Part shown: piece by piece, positions 1 through 14,254 of the stretch | Layout of the letters: each line of letters starts with the position of its first letter | Numbering within the stretch: position 1 is the first letter of the stretch | Assembly (NCBI RefSeq): GCF_009914755.1 | Contig: NC_060928.1 | Strand: one strand, 5' to 3' | From: the human T2T-CHM13v2.0 reference genome, Homo sapiens | DNA length: 64,000 nt | Made by a program: the position numbers and the translations under genes | Notes under the pieces: generated by a model | Databases searched by the model: none | Seen by the model: the letters and a program-made list of their open reading frames with translations, nothing else | What the model was told of the DNA's origin: nothing

Positions 1-76
1 TTGGGTATGACATTCCCTGAATTAGTATTTGGGGAACCTTCGAGTATTTAAAGGTGCTCATCACATGTCTTAGTTA

Positions 77-107
<31 letters not shown>

Positions 108-440
108 GAGAATCATAAAAACTATGAGAAACATTAAGCTTTCTTTTCAGAGTTTGTTCATTGGATGTAAGATTCTTGCCCACTGCCCCCACCACCCCAC
201 CAATGAATTTGGGCTACCATCTTATACCAATAACACTGGAAAGTCTATTTTTCCAAAAGGTTCACTGTGTGTAAAATATTCACAGTTTACCAGGCAGGCA
301 ATTACATATTGTATTCATTTAATGGAATTTTGTGGTTTCACATGTAGGCTGTAGAGTCAGGCAACCTGGGTACAAATAATAACTCAACTACTTAGCCATC
401 TTTCACATTTTCTCTTAAAATTGTAATATACCACCAATGT

Positions 441-741
441 ATTTTATTTTATTTTTTTTGAGATGGAGTCTTGTTCTGTTGCCCAGGATGGAGTACAGTG
501 ACACGATCTCAGCTTACTGCAACCACTGCCTCCCAGGTTCAAGCGATTCTCCTGCTTAGCCTACTGAGTAGCTGGGACTACCTACAGGCTTGCGCTTCCA
601 TAGCTGACTAATTCTTGTATTTTTGGTAGAGATGGGGTTTCACCATACTGGCCAGGCTGGTGTTGAACTGACCTCAGGTGATACACCTGCCTGGGCCTCC
701 CAAAGTGCTGAGATTACAGGCGTGAGCCACCATGCCTGGCC
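441..741 (-). mobile_element. Alu (AluS-type), full length
   Basis: T-rich tail, then GAGATGGAGTCTTG...CCCAAAGTGCTGAGATTACAGGCGTGAGCCACCATGCCTGGCC, the reverse complement of the Alu dimer. Confidence 0.95.
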
Positions 742-1660
742 TATTTTGTTATTTACTTATATTTGAATATTCTTAACTCTGTTATTGTTTTATGTAAACA
801 AATAGTTAAGAACTTTCAAAGATAAGTGTATTTTCACAATTAGTTTCATGATAATTTTTGCTGCATCTTATCCTTGTAACAAAATGTTATATAACCTCAG
901 GGAAGAAAATTATCTTCACTGACACTTTATCTTCTAAAAAAGATTTTTAATTGAGGTGTAGCAAAAATAAAACATTAAATCTCAGTGTACAAGCTGGTGA
1001 GCTTTATACACCTATGTAATCATATTAATTATTGTAGCATTTTATTCTTAGAAAATAAATATACATTTAAACTTAGAATTTCAATGTGAGAAGTACACAT
1101 GAAGATTTTCATTCCAACTTATGCGTAGAATACATAATTATATTTAAAAGTGAATATTCCCATATTGAAAATTACAACAAATCTTGTTTGTCTGTTACAT
1201 GAATTATATAGATGGCAGCCTATGTGATTGTTAAGATCCAAACTCCAAATATTTGTTAAGATGTAAACTCCAAATATTTTCCTTTGTATTTTTCTGTGTT
1301 ATTCCACTCAAATATGTGTTGTGCATAATCTTTAAAACTACTGTGAACCCATTGTCATATCAAATGACTCAATAGTTAATCTTACAATGAAAAAATACTA
1401 AAGATTGACTTTAGTCCACCTGTCCAATCAGCCATCTAATCAAAGCAAAATGGACAATGATGAAGATCTTTGTCTCACAAAATAATGAAGTCAGAATTTG
1501 GGCAAGAGGAGACTGAGAAAATAAAAATCAGTTGGAATGCTAAAAACCTGTCTTGTCTTTTATATGGCTAAAATAAAAAACACAGACAAACTAGTTGAAG
1601 AGTTAACTGGCAACAATATTTCTCCCAAGGACATAGTGATATGTCATAACAAATATCTTC

Positions 1661-2397
1661 TTTTTTTAACTTTTGTTTTAGGTTTGGAGGCACATGCGAA
1701 GCTTTGTTTCATAGGTAAACACATGTCATGGTAGTTTGTGGTACATATTATTTCATCACCTAGGTATTAAACCCAAGTACCCAATAGTTATTTTTTCTGC
1801 TCCGTTCCCTCCACACATCCTCCCCCATCAAGTAGACCCAGTGTCTGTTGTTTCTCTCTTTGTGTTCCTAAGTTCTTATCATTTAGCTCCCATTTATAAG
1901 TGAGAATACGTAGTATTTTGTTTTCTTTTGCTGCATTAGTTTGCTAAGGATATAACCTCCAGCTCTATCTGTGTTTGTGCAAAAGACATGATCTTATTCT
2001 TTTTTATGACTGCGTAGTATTTCGTGTTGTATATGTACCACATTTTCTTTATCCAATCTGGCACTGATGGGTCTTTAGCCATGTGAAAAAAGATCAGTAT
2101 CACTTATCATTAGAGAAAGGGAAATCAAAACCACAATGAGACACCATCTCACATAAGTCAGAATGGCTGCTATTAAAAAGTCAAGAAATAACAGATGCCG
2201 GTGAGGTTGTGGAGAAAGGGAACACTTATACACTATCAGTGGGAGTGTAAATGAGTTTAACCATTGTGGAAAGCAGTATGGCAATATCTTAAATTGCCAG
2301 CAATCCCATCACTGGGGTATACATTCCCAGAGGAATACAAATCATTCTATCATAAAGACACATGTACATGAATGTTTATTGCAGCATTATTCATGGT
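1661..2397 (-). mobile_element. Old primate L1 3' fragment (L1PA13-16/L1PB-like) with 5' inversion
   Basis: 1661-2076 is antisense L1 3'UTR/ORF2 end; 2078-2397 is sense L1 (GAAATCAAAACCACAATGAGACACCATCTCACA...); flanked by AAATATCTTCTTT / AATTATCTTCTTT (TSD). Confidence 0.9.
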
Positions 2398-2419
2398 AAT
2401 TATCTTCTTTTGAGTGACT

Positions 2420-2695
2420 GTTTCTAACTCATTGTGAAACATTGCTATTTAAAAATTTTACCTTCACATATTAATTCTCTGATGCTCTTCCTTTCTTTAT
2501 GTAGATGGACATTTCTTATCTGTACTATTTTCCTTCTCTGAAGAACTTTTAACATTTCTAGGAAAGCAATCTATTGACAGCAGATTCCCTGTGTTTTTGT
2601 TTGTTTGAGAAAGTCTTTATTTCTCCTTCATGTTTAAAGGATAATTATGTAGGGTGTAGCATTCTAGGTTTTTTTGTTTTACTTTTTGTTTTGTT

Positions 2696-2733
<38 letters not shown>

Positions 2734-4285
2734 TCAAAACTAAATATTTCACTGCACTAACTTCTTGCTTGCCTGATTTCTGAGAAGTTAGATGTAATTT
2801 TCATCGTTTCTTTCACATATATGTAAGGTTTATTTTCTTTCTCTTCTGGCTTCTTTCAAGATTTTTTCTTCATCTTTGATTTTCTGAAATTTGAATATGA
2901 TATGACTAGGTGTAGGTTTGTTTGTTTGGCATTTATCTCGGTTGCTGTCCTCTGAGATTTTGGATTTGTGGTTTGGTGTGTGACATTAATTTGGAGAAAT
3001 TCTTAATCATAATTCCTTCAATTATTTATTCTGTTCCTTTCACTTTTTCTTTTCTTTCTGGTAATCCTGTTATGCATATGTTATACATTTTGTAGTTGTC
3101 TCATAGTTCCTGATTATAGTTGTCTCATAGTACCTGGATGTTTTGTTCTAATTTTTAGGTCTTGTTTTCTCTTTGTATTTCAGTTTGGGAATTTTGTATT
3201 GTAACATCTTGAAGTTCAGGGATTCTTCCCTCAGCCATGTTCAGTGTATCAGCCCATCAAAGGCATTCTTCATTTCTGTTACAGTGTTTTTTATCTGTAT
3301 CATTTCTTTTTGTTTTTTTCTCAAAATTTTCATCTCTTTGCTTACATTATACTTCGTTCTTGCATATTGCTTACTTTTTTCATTAAAGCTCATAGCACAA
3401 TTATCAGATATGTATTTTGAAATTCCTGATTTGATAATTTCAACATTTTACCTTATGTGAGTCATTTAACCTTCTTATGCTTACTCTGTCTCTTCACAAT
3501 GTGTATTTTTTGTCTTAGTATGACTTCTAATTTTTGCTGAATGGAGGATATGATGAATCTGAGTTTAAAAAACTGTGGTTAATAAGCCTTTAGTAATGAA
3601 GAGGTAAGGTGTGGGAAAGGGAAGTGCTCTAAAGTTATATTATTAGGTCACAGTCTTCTGTGCCCCTGGACTATAAGCTTAAAAGATGCTTCTCAATTTC
3701 CCTATTGCCCCACTGTAGGTGGAACAGGGGTGCTACAGGGAGCTGGAGTCAGGTATTTCATTTCCCCTAGCTAGATTAGGATCTAATAAAACACCTTTGG
3801 TAAAATTGCTTTTGTAAAATGTTTTCTCCCAAAGGCAGGTCTTGTTAGGAACAGCATGGTGTGGTGTATTTAAAAATGGTGCCTTTCCCTTTCACTGCTG
3901 GAAGCATGAAAGGATTTTTCCCTGACATTCATAAGACTTGGTAAAGATCCTGGAGGTGAAACTCACAAAAGTGTAAACTACGACTAGGTCCTCTAGAGTT
4001 TTTAACTTTCAGACTTGTGCATTCTGAGCCTTCAGCAATTCATCAACTAAAGTTAGGTTTTCCTATCCTGGGAATGATACCCAAGGTGGCTTCTGCTCAT
4101 AACTTTCTGTTCCACTAAGTTGGGATACTCTGTAGGTGCCTGTTTGTCTCTTCAACTTTGGGTATAGCAGTTTGCCCTGTTACCTCATTTCTCTGATAAA
4201 CCTAAGAAGAGATGATGATTTTTCAGTTTGTTCAGCCATTTACTGTTTGTTACAATGGAGCAGTGACTTCCAGGCTTCTTACCCA
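2420..4285 (-). mobile_element. Ancient L1M (L1MC/MD-like) 5' end and ORF1 remnant
   Basis: T-rich antisense L1 ORF1 motifs such as TTTGAGAAAGTCTTTATTTCTCCTTCATGTTTAAAGGATAATT and TTTGAATATGATATGACTAGGTGTAG; boundaries approximate. Confidence 0.7.
2700..2732. repeat. (TG)n microsatellite
   Basis: About 16 uninterrupted TG units. Confidence 0.95.
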
Positions 4286-4302
4286 CCAGCTTAATAGACT
4301 TT

Positions 4303-4794
4303 TGTCAAAGAAAAAATTTACTTCATAGGTGTAACAGGCAAGAAAGACATTACTTCAGACTAAAAGGGGAGAGAGATTAAAGAACTCTGAGAGAACAAAA
4401 AATAAAGGTAAGATAATTTTTTTTAACACTGGCAACATTGAGTAAACTAATGAAAAAGTACTAGAGGACATTGCAGGGAGGTTGGTCAATGTGGTTAGTT
4501 CATCTCTGTTTGCTAACAGTAGGTAAGTAGAGTTAGACCACTATCTTCCCACAGAGGCTGGAAGAAAGGAGCACTATCCCCTTAGATGATTGTGTTTTAA
4601 AGGGTTGACTACAAGGTTCTTAAGAAAGACATTTCTGGGTCATAGAAGATTTACATTTCAAAGGAGCAGAGAAAAAATCTACAATTGTAAGTATTCTAAA
4701 GTAAATAATAAAACTGAGATCAAGTACTTAGTGGTAGGAAGAAGCCTATCTACAGTTAGTCAAGTTGAGAGAAACATTCAGGCTACCTTGGTCA
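4303..4794 (-). mobile_element. Solo ERV1 LTR, MER31-like
   Basis: TG...CA termini; the reverse complement begins TGACCAAGGTAGCCTGAATGTTTCTCTCAACTTGACTAAC, resembling the recalled MER31 consensus. Confidence 0.7.
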
Positions 4795-4825
4795 ATTTCA
4801 AATCTATTTTCTTCAGTTATAAAAA

Positions 4826-5312
4826 TATTAGTGGTCGTGAACCCTTACCTGCAGTAACCTCAATTCTTCTCCCCTCAAAAGAAAGAATTTGACCGAGGGG
4901 CATGAGGCAAAAGGAGAGACCGAGGCACATTTTAGAGCAAGAGTGAAAATGTATTAAAAAGCTTTGAAACAGAAACAGAGATGAAAAGAAAGAAAGTACA
5001 CTTGGAAGAGGGCCAAGTGGGCAACTTGAAAGATAAGCGCACAGTTTGAACTTTGGACTGGGGCTTTACATGTAGGTATACCTCTCCACTCACCCGTCTC
5101 CTGAGATCATATCGGGAAGCTGCTGATCAGTTTCAGGTGTTCTCTATCAACTAGGAGCCTGCCTTTCCCTGGCACCGGTTGTGATCAATTATTACTTTAG
5201 AGAGACAGTTAACAACAGTTTGACTATCACCTGATGGTCACCAGATACTTTTGGTTGGAGGGGGTAGCCCTCTCCTGCCTTGTTCATATCAGACTAGCTA
5301 CCCACTGTAACA
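4826..5312 (-). mobile_element. Solo ERV1 LTR, MER83/MER50-like
   Basis: Reverse complement begins TGTTACAGTGGGTAGCTAGTCTGATATGAACAAGGCAGGAGAGGG; contains the MER4-group block GAAAGAATTTGACCGAGGGGCATGAGGC. Confidence 0.75.
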
Positions 5313-6159
5313 GAAATACAGTCAATATAACCAGATAAAATAGAGCCAATACTTCACATTAGTTAAAAAGTGTACATTGGAGAGGGAAACCCTAATGCTT
5401 CAATCCAGCTTCATTGTCTACTTTGTATTAAGTAACCTATCAGATTGCTTTTGTTCCATTGGCAATTAAGACGAAAAGAGTGAAAAGTTATTCCAACTTG
5501 TAATTATTTCTTTCATTTCTGTATTCAGTGTATCAGCAGGTCCTTTATTAAGAAATAAAGTTAACACTTATATTTGTATCCAGGAAAGATGTGAAATTAA
5601 TGTACTTATTTTACTGCAACAAGATTCTGGGTAACTGTGAAAAATTTTCCTCCAGGTCATAAATTTAATTAAGTGACAAAATATTTCAGAATATGGCAAT
5701 TTTGGAACAGTAAAATATTTATTGATGGAATTCAGAATAGCTGACATTTGGAGATTAAGGACCCTTCATTCTATTTTCTATGTAAGTGTCAGTGTCACTG
5801 ACTTACTAGTTATTTCAACATTGATACACACTCAAATTATTGTCTTTTATTTCCTTTGCATTAACTGTAATCTTTCTCCTTTTTGAAATGTTTTTGCCAT
5901 TTCAGTAAATCATCATATATTGTCTAATTTTTTGATTAGCTCAAGCTCTTCCTGAAGGTAAAGCCTTCCCTGACCATTGCCGTTGAAGGCAATTTCTTTA
6001 TCTTATTAATTCACATAATTTAGAATCTGCATCACAATTTGGCACATGCTGTTTACTTTCTTGCATTGTTTTGCTGTTCCGTGCAATTACTTGCAGGTGC
6101 CGATATCAGAATATCCCTTAGGAAAGTGAGAATGTATTTTTTTTTTTTTACTGTGATCA

Positions 6160-6579
<420 letters not shown>

Positions 6580-7178
6580 TTAATATGTTTGCTTATTTTG
6601 AGTTGGTTTATTTTGCGTGTTTTCCATTTTTGTTATGGAGTCAGACTTCAGGAACCAAGGATACATAGCATAGAAGATAAACTGTCTAATTCACGGTGCC
6701 AGCGAAGCTAGCAGCAAATCTGAGGCACTGAACAACATGAGAGATCAGGGTGGGAAAACTAGACTGAAGAAGACAGGGACACAGAGGTCTGAGACTGTGG
6801 TGAGGGCAAAGGTCCTCTCCAAATAATTGGATAGTCCTTCTAGCCAGCTTTAGTGATATAACTCATAGTTTAAAAATTTAAAACTGACAAGATTGTTTTC
6901 ACGTGTAACCTAAATCATTGGTTTATAGTAATTTGCCATTGTTTTTAAATTTTGTTTTTGTTTTGTTTCATTTCAGCTTATGAAATGTTCAAGTCATTAG
7001 TATGAGTGTTAGTGGGGGGAAGTTGAGGGTTTGGGCTGTTTTGTCACTAGCTTCAGAGTCCCATATATAGTCGAAAAAGAAATGGAGGGTTATAACAAAA
7101 ATCAAGCAACAGGAAGCACGTTTAACAAGATATATTAGGCTGCTAAAGTTTTATCTTCATAACAACTTGTCACTATGA

Positions 7179-7495
7179 TTTTTTCTTTGTTTCTGTTTTT
7201 GGTTTTGGTTTTGAGATAGAGGCTCAATCTGTCGCCCAGGCTGAGGTACAGTGGCATGACCTTGGCTCACTGAAACCTCCCCCTCCAGAGCTCAAGCAAT
7301 CCCCCCACCTGGGACCTCCCAGCTGAGTCCACAAGCACATGCTACCATGCCTGGCTAATTTTATTTTATTTTTTCTGTAGAGATAGGTTTTCCCTGTGTT
7401 GCCCAGGCTGGTCTCAAACTCCTGGGTTAAAGCCATCTGCCTACCTCAGCTTCCCAAAGTGCTGAGATTACAGGTGTGAGCCACTAAGCCTGGCC
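7179..7495 (-). mobile_element. Alu (AluJ-like)
   Basis: Antisense Alu dimer; AACAACTTGT at 7161-7170 and 7496-7505 (TSD core). Confidence 0.93.
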
Positions 7496-7819
7496 AACAA
7501 CTTGTGGATATTGAAAGGGAAAAAAAATCATGAATTATACTTATTTACATCCCTTTCTAATCTTACCTTTATATACATAGTAGTTGCTCAAAATAATTTT
7601 TGAAATGTGTTTATATTAATTGGATAAATATTAAGTATGGGTTGATATACTAAATAGATGATAAGCAGAGAGTAGAGTTTATGTATTAAGATATATGTTA
7701 TATTAATAACACTCATAAAATTTGGAGAGGAGAAAGAAAAACTAACAAGAGCTGAAAAAACCGCATGATTTTGTTTTTAACATTTTAATTTTTAGAAGTA
7801 TTGAATATATAAGGAAACT

Positions 7820-9490
7820 TTACTTCTAGCCATGATGAATAAATATGAATTGGATCTATTCTCTTGCCTTAAAGACAAAATATATATATGAAACAATATA
7901 TTTTAGATACTGTAAACAGTCACATGACAGTCATACTTGCGAGAATGAATCAAATGAGAATTCATCACTGCCTCAGCTTACGGTCTGAAGAGTTTCCAAG
8001 ACATTATGTGAGGGGGTGAGGTGAAGGACCAAAAAGAGCCCAGCTGTTAACATGAGTTGATGAGAAACAATGTCTAAAGGCCAAACTGACTATTATTTCC
8101 AGGGCAGATCACCAGGGACGAGAGAGCTATATAGAGAGAAACTTTTGGAAATCTAAGGAGCTTCCTCCTTGGATCTTCGTCTAACTATTGATTGGTGCAC
8201 ATTCATGACGAAAATATCTGAGAATGAGAAATAACTACCGAAAAGGGGCAAATAAAACAATCTCCAGAACTCCCACAGAGTTGAGATATTCCATATTTCA
8301 CCAGGCAAAATGAAAAAACATCTTAATGTACTGGGCATTGAATGGAGTACTCAGAATAAAATTGCCTCACTGAGGCACAAAATTAGCCCTAGACTAAAAG
8401 CTGCTCTTGTCCCAACTAATAAAGTATAAATGCAAGTCTCAAAATGACCAAACTGTTCCCAAGATATTTTATTGTGTGTCAATAATATATTAGTAGAAAT
8501 TTTAAAAATTGTATATAAAATAATGTAAAGTTAATAATTTTATATGAGTGTAAAACAATGTAAATTAATAATGCCTCACACTCAATCACAATGGCCAAGT
8601 ATGCCCTCAAAGGTAGGAAAATGTGACCTAGAGCAAAGAGTAAAATAAATCAACAAAATGTGACCCTGGAATGAAACAGATGGTCAAATTTATAGATAAT
8701 GACATGAAACAGTTATTAAAATATATATTTCCTATGTGCAAAAAAGTAGAGGATATTATGACTATGTTATGGAGAGACATCAAAGGGATGGAGAAATTAA
8801 ACCTCAGAGAATAGAAAGTACAGTTTGTGAGATAACATTTCACTACATGCCATTAAAAGCAGATTAGACGTCCCAACAGAGTGGAGTATTTAACTTGAAT
8901 TATAGCAAGAAAAAAGAACAAAAATACTGAGCAATGCATCAAAGAGTTTTGGCAAAATTTTCTTAAGTAGGACACTGGAAACATAAACCACAAAATGGAA
9001 AAAAATAGATGAAAATTCGACTTCATAAGAAATAAAAACTTCTGATATTTGAAAGATACTCAAAAAAGAAATGGAAAAACAAGCTACAAATGACATATTT
9101 GATATATATTGGACAAATGATATCAAATGATATATTTGACTTAGGAATTATAACCACAGTATGTAAAGAACATCCAAAACTCCATTAGAAAACAAGCAAT
9201 CCAATTTAATGTCCAATTTAAAAAAATTGGCAAAATATCAGGACAAGAAAGTCAAGGAAGAGATAAGAATGGCAATTAAGAAAATGAAAAAATACTCAAT
9301 GTTGTTAGAAACTGGGAAAATGCAAATTAAAAGCAAAATAATATATCATTACACAATAATTAGAATAGTTCAGAAACTTCTTAAAAAAGAAAAACCTAAA
9401 TACTGGAAGGATATGAAACAACTGAAAGTCATACACATTGCTGATGGAGTGTGAAATAAAACAACCGCTTTGCAAAGTATTTGCTGGATA
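7820..9490 (+). mobile_element. Ancient L1M fragments (5' region joined to the 3' part of ORF2)
   Basis: A-rich L1-like sequence; 8970-9490 matches the L1 ORF2 end (GAAAATGCAAATTAAAAGCAAAATAATATATCATTACAC); the 9209..9454 ORF resembles the ORF2 C-terminus. Confidence 0.6.
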
Positions 9491-9599
9491 GAATCTTATA
9501 GAATTCTAATTTTTTAAATGTATGTATTACTATTGTTAACTTGCACAAGATTTTTCTAAATGTGTACTCACATGTTAAACAGAAGCTTTGCTAATTATT

Positions 9600-10640
9600 T
9601 TATTTACTTATTTATTTATCATCTCAGATTGTCTATCTGGAATTATCTTTTGTTTTACTTATATACATTCTTAACAAATTTTTATATTCTTGTAAAGTTT
9701 CTTGATTTTGTTTATCTGATCATGATTTTGTTTTAGTTATAATCTAGGATTAAAAGTTTGGTCAGAAATATTTTCTTAGTACAATAAAGACATTTATTCT
9801 AATATCTTCTAGATATCATTGTTGCTTTTACTAAGTTGGTTTTCAGTTTCAGTGATATTTTTGCACATAATTTTTTGTTTGGTTGATTTTTCTATTCTGA
9901 GACTTTTTTTCTTTTGGAGTTTAGCGAATTTATTCTGATGTGTTAGAGTGTGGGTTTTCTTGGGTATTTTTAAGATTCCTAGATCTAAGAATTATTTTTA
10001 TACCATTATGGAAATGTCTTAGTAATATATTATTAAATATTCCATTTTTCTCCATTCTTTCTATGATCTCCTTCAGAAAACCCAATTATAACTGTTGATG
10101 GCCTTGTTATGCTAGCCTGTAAATCCCCTAACCTCTTTGTCAGGTTTTACTTACCTTTGTCTCTCTGAGGCACATTTTGGTTATTATGTTTCCTGTGTAG
10201 CTTCTACTCCTTCTCAACTCTGTTTGTAATTTTAATCGGTTCACTGAATTTCACATTTTACTTATTTAATTCTATAAGTTGTATAGTTGTACTTTTATAC
10301 TACTTAGACTTTTATGTAGTCTTTTTTATTTTTCAAGCTGAACTTTTAAAATTTAAATTTATTAAGCATAAGTACTTATATTGTAGAAATGACAAATATT
10401 TTTGAAAATCATAATCCTCTAAGAATTGAATTCTGCTGTTTATTCTGTTTTTTCACCCTTGATATATTGACTCCTATGCATTCTTTAAAAATGCAAGAAG
10501 CTAATAGTCCTTGGAATTTTATCTTTGGAAAATGTTTAAAACCTAAAGGGAGTAATTAAGATTACTTATTCCCTGACGCCTGGAGGCATCATAGACTTAA
10601 AATAATTAAAAATGTTCTGTTTGAGGCTTTTTGGACCCCA
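9600..10640 (-). mobile_element. Ancient L1ME-like ORF1 remnant
   Basis: T-rich antisense L1 ORF1-like motifs (CCATTCTTTCTATGATCTCCTTCAGAAAACCCAATTATA); heavily decayed. Confidence 0.45.
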
Positions 10641-11161
10641 TAGGTAGTGTCTCTTTGGATACAAACACAAATGCAGGCCAATTCTGACAGTAATATTACA
10701 GCCTTGAAAAAAATTTATTTGGAAGTGTTATTCTGGATATTTAGTCTGGTGTATATATCTTTAAAACATGGTTATTAGTCTTTTATATTTTAGCTGTTAA
10801 AACACAAAACACACTGTCAAAGAGCAATGTATGTTTTAATCCATCTCCAATGCTTATTGTCATTGTCTCATTTTGCCATGTACACACAAAAACTATAGTT
10901 GTCAAAATGTTACTGGAAATATTCCAGGAGTTTTAAATGAACAAACAAACAAACAATAGATATTTTTGTCACAGTCATTCTGGTAATCAACATAAAATTC
11001 TGCTCTTGCAGAGTACAAATGGAAACTTATGAACAAAATTTATAAATAATTAATTGAATATCCTTGAGATAAACAAAAATCACTTTTATCAGTAATGGTC
11101 TAGGAGATGTATTCCAATGCTCTTTGAAGAATTATGTCAATCAGAAAATTTAAATTAATAT

Positions 11162-11579
11162 TGTTAAATTAAATTAAATTTGGCCTAAATCTTTCTCTGT
11201 TTCTTTAGTCCCTAGGTAGCAAACTGCAACTTAACTTCATATGAAAACAATCTACAACTGTAACATATTCTGTAACAAATAACTGAGACTCAGTTAATTA
11301 TAGCAGCTGGGCTTTAACCAGTCATGGGATGACAACTGATCAGACCATGTATCTGTATAAGGCAAGTGCTTCATCACACCGTGGCTGAATCAGGTAAATT
11401 CTGAGCTATAATCTATGTTTCTATATTTCATTTCCTTTTTCTGTCTATAAATGCTACCTGCCTATGTTACTTGATGAAACTTTGTGAACCTCAACTGATT
11501 CAGGGGGCTGACCAATTCATGAATTATTTTTGCTAAAATTAATGCTGCCAAATTTAATTTGACTAAATTTTTGTTAACA
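11162..11579 (+). mobile_element. Solo ERV1 LTR, MER57-like
   Basis: Starts TGTTAAATTAAATTAAATTTGGCCTAAA, ends TTGTTAACA; internal TATAAAT. Confidence 0.75.
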
Positions 11580-12255
11580 GCATATCATTCTATTTACATT
11601 AATTTTTACTAAGATGAAGGATTGAATTATTTACAGAAAATATGACATTGTCTACAAATAGTTATAGAATATATAAAAATATTTCTAAAGAATTTCATAT
11701 GTTGGTATTTTAGTTACTTTTAAAAAACTTTACAATGACCAAGTATATATTTGTAAATGATATATAAAATATATGTAAGTGAGTGTATTGTTCTGACAGA
11801 GCTTAATGGACAGATGACATGCAGAATATTTAGAGTCCAGCTTGAGAATAAAATGCCTTCTTTATTTTCTGAGAATACTCACAATTCTGGGACAACTTTC
11901 AGAAAAAAAATACGAAGATTAAAATTTCTATAAGAGTGTTTTTTTTTTTTTAACTTGGCAATTTAGGCAAACATTCACTTCATTGGTTGAACTAATAATT
12001 TTAATCAAGTTCCTTATTTGATGGCCCATAAAAATGGGCTTACGTTTTAGTCTGTGTCCTGGAATAAATTGAATGAGAATGAATAATTTATAATTTATTA
12101 TGTTTGCTGTTTTTATCAGAAAAAAATTGTGTTTGCTTAAAATGTATAGGTTTTCTAACTGAAACCAGAAGTCTAAAATTTTATTTTTTAATTAATGTCA
12201 GAAAATGACAGGAACAAATGTGGTTTAAGAGAAATGCTAATTTCAAAATATTTTT

Positions 12256-12328
12256 TAAATGCGTTTTTTATTTTTATGAGTACATAACAAGTATGTATTT
12301 TATGGGGTATATGAAATATTTTGATACA
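12256..12328 (-). mobile_element. Very short L1MA 3'-end insertion
   Basis: TTTATGGGGTATATGAAATATTTTGATACA matches the antisense L1MA1-3 3' end; CAAAATATTTTT at 12244-12255 and 12329-12340. Confidence 0.7.
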
Positions 12329-12730
12329 CAAAATATTTTTAATAGCAATGTTATAGAGATATGTGTAAGGGAAGCTGAAGTAATGGATGATCTGAACTAT
12401 TAAATTATAAATAAATATTATAGGATATTCTGAGGGCAGTAAATACCTAATTGGTTTTCCCTGTTCAATTTTCGAAGGAGCCTTGGAGCTAGTTTATACG
12501 AGTAGTCTTGCTGTCTTGCTTTATGGACCTCCTAAAAGCATAATTATGTAAATTATCTCATATTCCAAAGGGTTTAAATGATAAAATGAGACTATTAGAT
12601 TAAAAAATTGATTTCATATTTCATGGCTTAAAGATATATTTTATATTAAAAAGTCCTGTATAGCATATTTAAAATTAATTTTAATATTTTTTTAAAAAAC
12701 ATAATTTTAAAACTCAAAGTCAAAGTTATA

Positions 12731-13150
12731 TGTGTTGAAGATTGAGTGCTGGGGGAAGCAGACTCTAAGATAGAGATTATTTTGCAGAAAGTTATTTAGG
12801 GTTTGCTGGGGATCAAGACCTGTTGGGGAAGAGAAGGAGGCAGGATTGGGCAGAAAAAGAAATTAGACTGCAGTGTAGCTTCAACTAATTGTACATAGTA
12901 TTCTTGAGTGGTGATGGCTCTTCAGAGAGTTCTCTTGCTGGCCAAGAAACCAAGCCTTTATATACCCCTGTGATAAGCAGTCATAGGATTTAGATACCCC
13001 TGGAGAGAGGGCATGACTTGGCTGAGGCATCTGTTTTCAGCTGAGGTTAACCTTGGAAAAGGCTGACCATTGAGCTGTCAGTCAGCAACTGGGGGAATAT
13101 GTCACTCCATTTTGAAGGGGACTTGGGGAGTCATCACAGCATCCTTCACA
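12731..13150 (-). mobile_element. ERVL LTR, LTR16-like
   Basis: GGAAGCAGACTCTAAGATAGAGATT...GGGATCAAGACCTG...GGCAGGATTGGGCAG; TG...CA termini. Confidence 0.65.
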
Positions 13151-13951
13151 TTATCTGCCATTTATTGTATACTATGTTTCCTCCCTGTGCTCAATGCTTA
13201 GCATGTATATTTTAGTTTATGTTCAGAATATCTCTGAGGCTAAGAAATTAATAATCCTACCCAAGCTACCAGCAAGTAGGTAGTACACCTACAAGTTTGG
13301 AGTTTATGTTAAGAATCAACATTTAATTATACTTTGCAATAGTGCTTTCTATTAGTACGTTCTGAAAACATTTCTTTTTACTATATTCTAAATTCTATTT
13401 CCATCTTTAGGAATATAGAGATAAGGAGAAGCTTTTCACGGGTCATAAGCTCTTGGAATGCAGAAATGTTTGCAAGGCAGAAAGACAATTATTATATGTA
13501 TCCAAGGAGTCAACACACATTAAAATATGTGTTCTGAATTACTATATTATGAGGCTCCTCAGGCAAAAAGCAATGGAGAATGCCTTCCTATTTTCCTCAT
13601 TTTATCTTTTCTTTCCTAATGAGCTTACAGTTTCTTAATGCTGTATACCAGGTAGGTTCATCTGCTATGGCTGATTCCTGGCATTATAAAGATATGCCAT
13701 TTGAAGCTATTATTTAATGTTATCCAAATTTTTTATTTATTCTTTAATCGTGTCTATGTGTGTGTGCGCGTATATATATATACCATAAAAATTAGGTATA
13801 TATTATAATAAAGTATATGATATGATGTATAATAGATAATACAATAAGTAAAGTATATGTGTTTTCTGCCTATAACACTTAAAATTATTTCATAGTTACA
13901 TACTCTTTGGAATTTTCTTGTATCTAATTCTCTCCATCTATGTAATTGTTC

Positions 13952-14254
<303 letters not shown>

